Positions 34,618-41,470 of a stretch of 41,470 nt of DNA are shown piece by piece. Source of the DNA: an archaeon (GTDB taxonomy: Archaea; Iainarchaeota; Iainarchaeia; Iainarchaeales; VGJJ01). Both the position numbers and the translations under genes were made by a program. The DNA lies in the NCBI GenBank assembly GCA_038046225.1, contig JBBSWQ010000006.1:1-41470 (forward strand). Reading direction: 5' to 3'. The notes below the pieces were generated by a model. It did no database searches, was not told the origin of the DNA, and saw only the letters and a list, made by a program, of their open reading frames with translations. Within the stretch, counting starts at the first letter, position 1. Each line of letters begins with the position of its first letter.

Positions 34618-36165
34618 ATGACTGCGTCCGCCTTGGAATTGCCCATTCAATCTTCCACGAATGTACCAACGTTCCGCTTTCTCTTGGTCAATCCCCCATT
34701 TCTCACGTCGTTTGGGATCAAGGAATCGGGAGGACATGCCATGCCACTAGGTTTGATGTATATCGCTTCCTACGTGCGAAAATATGTCCCTTCCATTCAA
34801 CCAAAAATACTGGATTGTGAACTCGATGCGATGACGGATGAACAAATCCGGGAAAAATTCATTCGAGAAAAAGCCGATTTTGTAGTGATGACAGTGCCCA
34901 CTCCCACCGTGAATGCGTGCAAGCGCATATCGGACATGGCCAAGGAAGTCAATCCCCACTGTAAAGTGGTCTGGGGCGGACTACACCCGACGGTATTTCC
35001 TAAAGAATGTGTCTCCCATCCCTCCGTGGATTTTGCCGTAGTGGGGGAAGGAGAACAAGTCATCCGAGAATTGGTGGAGCACGTATTGGACGGGAAAAAA
35101 GATTTCTCGGACGTGAAGGGAATCGGGTACAAGGACGAGCATGGTGGCGTGTTTCAAACGGGGATGCAGGAATTAATCCAGGATATCGATTCCATTCCCT
35201 TTCCCGCATACGATTTGATTGATGTGAAACGGTACCACACGGCTCCCTCGAAAAAACTATCCAATAGTGAGAGCACGATGAACATCATGACCTCGCGCGG
35301 CTGTGCGTTTGACTGCATCCACTGCATCTCCAAAACCACGTGGAGGAGAAAAATGCGCTTCCGTTCCCCGAAGAATGTGGCGGACGAAATGGAGTATTGC
35401 GTCAAAACATTTGGAGTGAAGGAATTCAATTTCATGGATGATTTGTTCGGAATCAATGAGAAGAGAGTCATTGACGTGTGTGCGGAAATAACGCGCAGAA
35501 AATTGGATGCACGATGGGTGGCGTTCGCACGAACGGATACGATTACCGAGCCCATGCTCCGCGCCATGAAGGAAGCGGGGTGCGTGAAAATTAGCATGGG
35601 AATAGAGAGCGGAAATCAGGACGTATTGAACAAGATGAGAAAATCCCTCCGCTTGGATCAAGTGAAAAAAGGAATCAAGCTCATGAAAAAACACGGATTC
35701 GAGGTTCATTCTTCCTTCATGCTGGGAAATGTGGGGGACACGGATGAGACGATTCAAGATACGATCCGCTTCGCCAAGGAATTGGATCTGGACAATGCGA
35801 CCTTCTTCATCACGTCTCCCTATCCAGGGACGGACTTGTATGGCATTTCCATGGAACAGGGATTTGTCACGAGTCAAACTCCGTGGGAGGACTTTATCCC
35901 TCTTGGAGACCGACAGCCCTTACTCGTGCAGGGTGCCGTGCCCTATGAACGACTAATCCAATACCAGAAGCAGGCCTTCAAGGAATTTTATCTACGACCA
36001 TCCGTCCTTGTGAAAAAATTCTTCAAAATACGCTCGGTATCGGACATTCGTACGCTCGTGGAAGGACTGACCGTATTCAAAGGGATCATGGAGAAGAAAG
36101 AAGAAAACCCGGACCCTCCCACTGCTGTCGCCAAAACCCGTGAAGAAAACGCTACTGGGGTCTAA
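34618..36165 (+). CDS. B12-binding (class B) radical SAM enzyme, paralog 3
   Basis: FRFLLVNPPF...ADFVVMTVPTPT...VVWGGLHPT, cluster motif TSRGCAFDCIHC, RFRSPKNVADEME and MKEAGCVKISMGIESG. Confidence 0.87.
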   Translation: MTASALELPIQSSTNVPTFRFLLVNPPFLTSFGIKESGGHAMPLGLMYIASYVRKYVPSIQPKILDCELDAMTDEQIREKFIREKADFVVMTVPTPTVNACKRISDMAKEVNPHCKVVWGGLHPTVFPKECVSHPSVDFAVVGEGEQVIRELVEHVLDGKKDFSDVKGIGYKDEHGGVFQTGMQELIQDIDSIPFPAYDLIDVKRYHTAPSKKLSNSESTMNIMTSRGCAFDCIHCISKTTWRRKMRFRSPKNVADEMEYCVKTFGVKEFNFMDDLFGINEKRVIDVCAEITRRKLDARWVAFARTDTITEPMLRAMKEAGCVKISMGIESGNQDVLNKMRKSLRLDQVKKGIKLMKKHGFEVHSSFMLGNVGDTDETIQDTIRFAKELDLDNATFFITSPYPGTDLYGISMEQGFVTSQTPWEDFIPLGDRQPLLVQGAVPYERLIQYQKQAFKEFYLRPSVLVKKFFKIRSVSDIRTLVEGLTVFKGIMEKKEENPDPPTAVAKTREENATGV

Positions 36166-36171
36166 CAGGGG

Positions 36172-37776
36172 ATGGAAAAGCACATGACAACTAAAATCCC
36201 TTTGTGGGTATGGGCACTCATCCTTGGAATCCCGCTGCTCGCGAGTGTTCCCTTGCTGGCGGGGTATGCATCTTCCTCTCCTCCCGAACAGGTTTTCATG
36301 GGATTCGATTTCATTGACGATTTCCACTATTATGGGAATTACATCTACTCGTACGCCCAAAACCCAGCGGATTTGCTCATTCCCAATCGGGCTACCTCTG
36401 AAAGTCAAGAAGGGCGGTTTTTCTTTCCTTACTTCTGGATCACGGGAATCGTGAGCACCGGACTGGGAATCCCTCTAGCCTTGGCGCTGATACGCTACCT
36501 CACCGGAGTCATTCTCCTTTTTCTCGTGTGGAAACTCTTGGATTATTTTTTTCCCGATCCCTTCTGGAAAAAGACCGCATTTGTATTGACCTGTGTGGGA
36601 GCCGGATTCGGGTGGATTACTAAACTGCTGGGAGCATTCATTCCGGCGCTGGGAAACTTGTATTCTACGGACTTGACCTACTCGCTGGGATATACCTTGT
36701 TCGGCTATCTCAGTTTTCCCCTCGCCATCGCGGGAGAAGCATTGTTTGTGGCTGGATTATATTCCCTTTTTCGTTACTGGGAAAAGAAAGACGGGAAATA
36801 CCTACTCTTCTTCGGAGCGAGTCTGGCGGGCATGTTTTTCGTGCACCCCGTGAGTGCGGTCACATTCTTTCCCGTGTTGATTGGGGGAGGAGTCTTATAT
36901 CTCATTCAGCATCCGCAGAAAACATCCGTTCGTGAATTATCTAAACCCTTTTTTGGAATGGCGATTGTTTTGATTGCCATCGGGTCATATTTGCTATGGG
37001 CATTACAGGATCCCGTTTTTCAATCCGTATTCTTCTCATACGGACTATGGCAACGGAGTGAGAGTCCCTTTTGGTGGATCCTAGGATATGGATTCATCCT
37101 CCTATTTGCCTTGTTGGGAGTTCGCACGCTCAAATTGGAAAACAAACACGTGAACGCGTTCTTCTGGAGTTGGCTGCTGGTCGTATTAGTCTTAAGTCTT
37201 AATCCGTGGAAAGGACTACGGTTCCAGCACGCGCTGTTTTTGCCGTTGGTTATTCTAGCTACGACCGGAATACGCTCTGCTTGGGAATGGATCCAGAAAA
37301 GCCCTATCCATAACTGGGTAAAGGAACCGAGAACGGTTGTCGGGCTGATTGTATTGGTCATGCTTCCCGGGGTGCTTTTTACAATTACCAACCACGCGGA
37401 GGATGTACAAGATCCATCGTTTCACAGCGGTCCTTTCCTATCGCAGGGGCAGATTGACGCATTGGCATTTCTGGAGAAACAAAAAACGGGAATCGTGTTG
37501 TCAAACTATACGATGGGAAACAACCTGATTTGGATGACTCCCCACTATGCGTACGTGGGACACTGGAATCAGACCACAGGAAGGGAGGATAAGGAGAAAA
37601 AAATAACTGCCTTTTTCTCGGGAGAAATGACCGTTGAAGAGGCGGAACTTTTTTTGCGCGAAGAAAAAATAACCTATATCCTGCGGGAAGGGGATGAAAA
37701 AGTGCCACCGCTGGAAAGAAGTGAAACCATGTATGAAGAAGGAAATATCTCCATCCATCGGGTGAATGCCCCATGA
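36172..37776 (+). CDS. polytopic membrane protein with soluble C-terminal domain; candidate GT-C / degenerate STT3-like paralog
   Basis: 534 aa, about 11-13 hydrophobic helices. First-loop acidic motif GFDFIDDFHYYGN. The ~130-aa C-terminal domain aligns by eye to the AglB WWDxG region but reads SNYTMGNN instead. Confidence 0.55.
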   Translation: MEKHMTTKIPLWVWALILGIPLLASVPLLAGYASSSPPEQVFMGFDFIDDFHYYGNYIYSYAQNPADLLIPNRATSESQEGRFFFPYFWITGIVSTGLGIPLALALIRYLTGVILLFLVWKLLDYFFPDPFWKKTAFVLTCVGAGFGWITKLLGAFIPALGNLYSTDLTYSLGYTLFGYLSFPLAIAGEALFVAGLYSLFRYWEKKDGKYLLFFGASLAGMFFVHPVSAVTFFPVLIGGGVLYLIQHPQKTSVRELSKPFFGMAIVLIAIGSYLLWALQDPVFQSVFFSYGLWQRSESPFWWILGYGFILLFALLGVRTLKLENKHVNAFFWSWLLVVLVLSLNPWKGLRFQHALFLPLVILATTGIRSAWEWIQKSPIHNWVKEPRTVVGLIVLVMLPGVLFTITNHAEDVQDPSFHSGPFLSQGQIDALAFLEKQKTGIVLSNYTMGNNLIWMTPHYAYVGHWNQTTGREDKEKKITAFFSGEMTVEEAELFLREEKITYILREGDEKVPPLERSETMYEEGNISIHRVNAP

Positions 37777-38738
37777 AGCGCGTGCTGTCTTTTTTTTTCC
37801 AACCATCAATCAGAGCACTGTTGGCCTTGCTGCTGCTTGGCGGGATTATCCTGCTGGCGAATCCCTTGCAGTCCCTCCCCCTCCTTTTGGAGGCAGGACC
37901 GGTTCTCCTGCTCTGGCTGGCAGTGGGATTCGGGGGAATTATCCTGACTAACGCATTAGCGGTGTGGTGGGTTCTCCGGACGATGAAGAATATTCCCTTG
38001 AAACGGGTCCTGCTAAATTACACATACAGTTGGAGCACGGAATTCTATTTTCCTGGAAAACTGGGAATGTTTTCCCTCGCGTATTTTCTCCAAAAAGAAA
38101 AAGTGGAAGTGGGGGAGAGCGTGGCCTCCATCCTATTGATCAAAATGACCATGCTCGTGTGGCTTTTCCTCTTGAGTTTATTGGCTATTGGAAGTTTGCT
38201 TACGACCAACGACTTCCTCATTTATTCGGGAACCCTGATTGCCGTAGTCGGAGGACTATCCTTCCTTTTTTTGACAGAGCGGGGAAGGCATTTCATCCGA
38301 TATGGTGTATTGGGAAAGCACGCGGTCCACTTCATCGGTTTTTCCAGACTGGTAAAGACCATGCTCGGCGATCCGATGAAATGGATCGGGTTGTTCTTCC
38401 TCGTCTTCTTGAGCATTTTCATCAATGGAATAATGGTCCAAGGCCTATTCGCGGAGGTGGGATATTCCCTCGACCTATTGACCGTCTTGGGGGTGGTTTC
38501 CTCAACCATCCTCGTGGGATTAATCCCAATCTCCCTGAACGGATTGGGAGTAAAGGAAGGAGCGCTAATTGTCTTCATGGGATTGCATGGTATACCGACC
38601 GAAATTGCCGCAAGCGTGGGATTGCTCAGCACGACGACGGGATACGTCCTGTCATTGCTCATCATGGCGCTTGTCCTGAAAGAGATTCCCTCGACCATTT
38701 GGAAAGGAGGAATCCCTCATGCGGGTCGCCCTGCTTAG
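37773..38738 (+). CDS. UPF0104 / LPG-synthase-TM-like 'flippase-like' membrane protein
   Basis: 321 aa, about 8 hydrophobic helices. General layout and the C-terminal LNGLGVKEGALIVFMGLHGI resemble the flippase-like domain often fused to archaeal or actinobacterial GT2 enzymes. ATGA overlap upstream. Confidence 0.5.
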   Translation: MKRVLSFFFQPSIRALLALLLLGGIILLANPLQSLPLLLEAGPVLLLWLAVGFGGIILTNALAVWWVLRTMKNIPLKRVLLNYTYSWSTEFYFPGKLGMFSLAYFLQKEKVEVGESVASILLIKMTMLVWLFLLSLLAIGSLLTTNDFLIYSGTLIAVVGGLSFLFLTERGRHFIRYGVLGKHAVHFIGFSRLVKTMLGDPMKWIGLFFLVFLSIFINGIMVQGLFAEVGYSLDLLTVLGVVSSTILVGLIPISLNGLGVKEGALIVFMGLHGIPTEIAASVGLLSTTTGYVLSLLIMALVLKEIPSTIWKGGIPHAGRPA

Positions 38739-39837
38739 TCCACGCACCCCCCGCGCTCACGCGGCAGGAATCGAGCAGAATATTTTGCACGTTTCACAAT
38801 ACTTGTTGAGAAAAGGAGTATCGGTCGAAGTCTTTTCGACCGCGGAAAAACCGCGTGGAAAATACTCCTTGCATGGAATACCCGTTCGAGAGTTTTCGGC
38901 ATTCGCCCCCGCGGATAATTATTTTTTTTCCATCCCCTTATTTCAATCCCTGAAAAAATGGGACGGGAACATCATCCACTGCAACGGGTACAACAACCTC
39001 GTTTCCGTGTTGGGAATCACGGCTAAGAAAAAGGGGCAGAAGCTCGTATTCACGCTCAACAGCAGCGGCTCCTCTTCCATGTTAAGAGGATTGCTGCACA
39101 TTCCCCTTGCGTGGTTTTACCGTATCCATGCAAAAAAGATTGATCACCTAGTATGCGTCTCGAGATGGGAATACGAAAAACTGGCTCCCTTATTCGGATT
39201 GAAAAAAGAAAACGTGTCCATTATCCCGAATGGCATTTCACTGACAGAATTCGCCAAAAAGGGGAATCGAAAAAGTGGAAAAATAGTGAGCGTGGGGAGA
39301 TTGGTGAAAAACAAGGGAATGCATCGCCTCATCAACGCATTTGGTCGAGTTCACGAGGAAATGCCGGAGACCGAACTCCACATCGTGGGGGATGGTCCTG
39401 CGCGGCATGACCTTGAACAACAGGTCCACGCACAGGGCTTGACCAACGCGGTTTTTTTCCATGGAAACATCGGATTCGAGGATCGAGAAAAACTACTCGT
39501 GCATTATCGCACGGCGTCCGTTTTCTCCCTACTCACCGATTATGAATCACAAGGCATTGTTTTTGCCGAGGCGGCCGCGGCAGAATTACCGATGGTGATT
39601 CCCGACAAAGGGGTCATGCACGAATACGTTGAAGCGGGTCTTGCGCAAGGAGTGAAAAATGTCGATGACTCTGAAGAAGTGGCTCGTGCCCTGATCCATG
39701 CCCTCCGATCAAAACCCTCCGCTGCCAAACTAAAATCTCTCAAATTTTCCAAATCCTTCAAACCTCTTATTTGGGACTGGGAAGAGGTGGGAGAAGCCGT
39801 GCATCAGTTATACCAACACTTAGTGGAGGAATCCTAA
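38719..39837 (+). CDS. GT-B glycosyltransferase (GT4 / Glycos_transf_1 family)
   Basis: MRVALLSPRTP...GIEQNILHVSQYL N-terminal domain, IVSVGRLVKNKGMHRLI, and TDYESQGIVFAEAAAAELPMV (E-x7-E region). Confidence 0.82.
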   Translation: MRVALLSPRTPRAHAAGIEQNILHVSQYLLRKGVSVEVFSTAEKPRGKYSLHGIPVREFSAFAPADNYFFSIPLFQSLKKWDGNIIHCNGYNNLVSVLGITAKKKGQKLVFTLNSSGSSSMLRGLLHIPLAWFYRIHAKKIDHLVCVSRWEYEKLAPLFGLKKENVSIIPNGISLTEFAKKGNRKSGKIVSVGRLVKNKGMHRLINAFGRVHEEMPETELHIVGDGPARHDLEQQVHAQGLTNAVFFHGNIGFEDREKLLVHYRTASVFSLLTDYESQGIVFAEAAAAELPMVIPDKGVMHEYVEAGLAQGVKNVDDSEEVARALIHALRSKPSAAKLKSLKFSKSFKPLIWDWEEVGEAVHQLYQHLVEES

Positions 39838-40512
39838 ATGTCCCTCCAAAAAGAAGAATACTCTCCCTTCATCGAGTTTGACCAAAAAATGTCGGCCAAG
39901 CTCAAGCCCCAATTGGAGGAATGGTTTTCCGACATGCGCGGAAAAAACGTTCTAGATGTGGGATGCGGTTCCGGAGAAGTGGGAAGTTTGCTGATCGGTC
40001 GCATGGACGTATATGGGGTCGATGAACAACCCCACGCCTTGAAAATCGCACAGAAAAAAGGAATCACGGTCACATCATCCTCCCTCGAGGAAAAACTGCC
40101 TTATCCGTCTGAATTTTTTGACAACGTGATATGCAAGGACGTGTTCGAACACATGGTCCATTCCCACACCCTCTTAGTGGAAATTCATCGCGTCCTCAAA
40201 AAAGGAGGAAAACTGTACGCGCACGTTCCCAACCAGTTTACTTTGCTGGATCGCCTCCTGATACTATTCGGGAGAAGCATGGTGGTGAAGCGCTGGTTCT
40301 CCGGAAGTGAGGAATGGAATTTTCCCCACCTCCGGTTTTTCACCCATTCGGGATTTAGGAGATTCTTAGAGGGCAATGGATTCGTAATCGATAAGGATTG
40401 TTCCGACTTGTGGAGTTATTCTGTGGGAATGGGAATTACTACGCGGATTTTGAGCGGACTATCGCCCGGACTATTTTCCCCCGGATTCACGTTCACTTGC
40501 TCGAAGAAGTAG
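39838..40512 (+). CDS. class I SAM-dependent methyltransferase
   Basis: VLDVGCGSGEVGSLL, DNVICKDVFEHMVH and LKKGGKLYAHVPN. The start directly follows the upstream TAA. Confidence 0.82.
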   Translation: MSLQKEEYSPFIEFDQKMSAKLKPQLEEWFSDMRGKNVLDVGCGSGEVGSLLIGRMDVYGVDEQPHALKIAQKKGITVTSSSLEEKLPYPSEFFDNVICKDVFEHMVHSHTLLVEIHRVLKKGGKLYAHVPNQFTLLDRLLILFGRSMVVKRWFSGSEEWNFPHLRFFTHSGFRRFLEGNGFVIDKDCSDLWSYSVGMGITTRILSGLSPGLFSPGFTFTCSKK

Positions 40513-41470
40513 CCGCTGTTTCAGGGGCGGGAACGATGATTTTCTTGGTTTCTTTTTCTTCGGCCTTGGAAGAATAGGGGGAAACATTCTTGGAAATCAT
40601 CCGAGGCAACCGGTCGAACACAAGGAATTTTCCGAGCGTGAAAAAGGACTTGACATAATCCGCCTTACGAGGACTCCGTGCCATCTGGTGCAAAATCATG
40701 CGCATGGAAGAACGAGGAGTCAATTGCTGTAAGGGAGAATTGAAGCGAATGTTATCCTCGGATACCAATCGATCCAAATCGATGGAGTGCTTGGCCACGA
40801 TGAATTTTGGAGGCAGTTTCCACTCTGCTTCCTTGAAATAATGATAATCGTCCTTGCCGCTCGCCACCTCATCATAGATTTGGGATCCGGGATAGGGGGT
40901 CATGAGTCCAAAAGACACGGTGGTCGGTTTTATCTCCGCGATCAAGTCCTGATTGGCACGGACATCTTCTTCCGTTTCGCCGGGAAGATTATACATCATG
41001 TTGGCGAACGTCCGAATGCCTAGTTTTTTGCATAAGTCAAATGCCTTATAGATCGTTTCCACCTTGCAATTCTTGTTGACCGCATCCAACATGCGCTGAG
41101 ACCCCGATTCCACTCCAAAATCGATCTGGATGCATCCCGCTTTCTTCATCCACGTCAATAGTTCTTCATCCACCTTGTCCACGCGTGTTTCTGCTCCCCA
41201 TACGAATGGGATTTTTCGGGCGATGAATTCTTTGCAAATCTCGATCACGTGATCTTTCCAGACGCAAAAATCATCGTCATAGAAATAAATCCCATCCACC
41301 TTGTATTTTTTTACCAATAATTCCACCTCGTCCGCTACCATCTTGGCAGAACGGAAACGGATGGGTTTTTTGGTCTCATTGTAGCGCCAAACGGAAGGAA
41401 TCGCACAAAAGGTGCACCGTGCAGGGCACCCGCGGGAAGCGAATACGTACATGGATGCCAGTGGAAAATA
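40493..41470 (-). CDS. radical SAM enzyme, paralog 4 (5' end and presumed B12-binding domain lie beyond the window)
   Basis: Cluster motif ASRGCPARCTFC, RFRSAKMVADEVE and MKKAGCIQIDFGVESG align with paralogs 1-3. The frame remains open upstream of the track ATG (41452) to the window end. The 3' end overlaps the convergent MTase by 20 nt. Confidence 0.85.
   Translation of the reverse strand, partial: YFPLASMYVFASRGCPARCTFCAIPSVWRYNETKKPIRFRSAKMVADEVELLVKKYKVDGIYFYDDDFCVWKDHVIEICKEFIARKIPFVWGAETRVDKVDEELLTWMKKAGCIQIDFGVESGSQRMLDAVNKNCKVETIYKAFDLCKKLGIRTFANMMYNLPGETEEDVRANQDLIAEIKPTTVSFGLMTPYPGSQIYDEVASGKDDYHYFKEAEWKLPPKFIVAKHSIDLDRLVSEDNIRFNSPLQQLTPRSSMRMILHQMARSPRKADYVKSFFTLGKFLVFDRLPRMISKNVSPYSSKAEEKETKKIIVPAPETAATSSSK

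Noticed and set aside
1-41470. Search for CRISPR arrays, transposases/integrases, toxin-antitoxin or defence-type genes, and tRNA genes
   Set aside because: I could find no regularly spaced direct repeats, no recombinase-like ORFs and no cloverleaf candidates in the short intergenic regions by eye. Absence is only as reliable as manual inspection.

Overview
Archaeal chromosomal window. The evidence is archaeal-type r-proteins P1/P0/eL21, TBP, Rpo4, Spt5 and Sec61-gamma/SecE, TTTAWA-type TATA boxes, and GGAGG/GGTGA Shine-Dalgarno-like motifs inside operons. The lineage cannot be assigned from sequence alone; an uncultivated, possibly DPANN-like archaeon is only a guess.

The left ~11 kb is a conserved housekeeping block. 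On the minus strand it carries ftsZ-secE-spt5-(inserted GT2)-rpl11 and rpl1-rplP0-rpl12, followed by rpl21e-rpoF-DUF655-ksgA. A divergent tbp with a long acidic tail and a stand-alone 5S rRNA gene with its own promoter complete the block.

The right ~30 kb (11.1 kb to the window end) is a very dense surface-glycan / N-glycosylation island:
- aglB (STT3-type oligosaccharyltransferase), an Alg7/AglH-like GlcNAc-1-P transferase, Alg14-like, and an Alg13-like::GT2 fusion.
- An epimerase/dehydratase plus a sugar-1-P nucleotidyltransferase.
- Three GT2 and four GT-B (GT4-like) glycosyltransferases.
- A polyprenyl-P-sugar synthase divergently paired with a PMT/ArnT-like GT-C enzyme.
- A second polytopic STT3-like membrane protein that lacks WWDxG.
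- Two flippase candidates and a 589-aa protein of unknown function.
- Six class I SAM methyltransferases and four paralogous B12-binding radical SAM enzymes.

The strongest candidate for undescribed biology is the repeated radical-SAM + methyltransferase pairing inside this island. No CRISPR array, transposase, integrase, tRNA or defence-type genes were seen. All functional calls rest on motif recognition by eye and need profile-HMM or structure confirmation.
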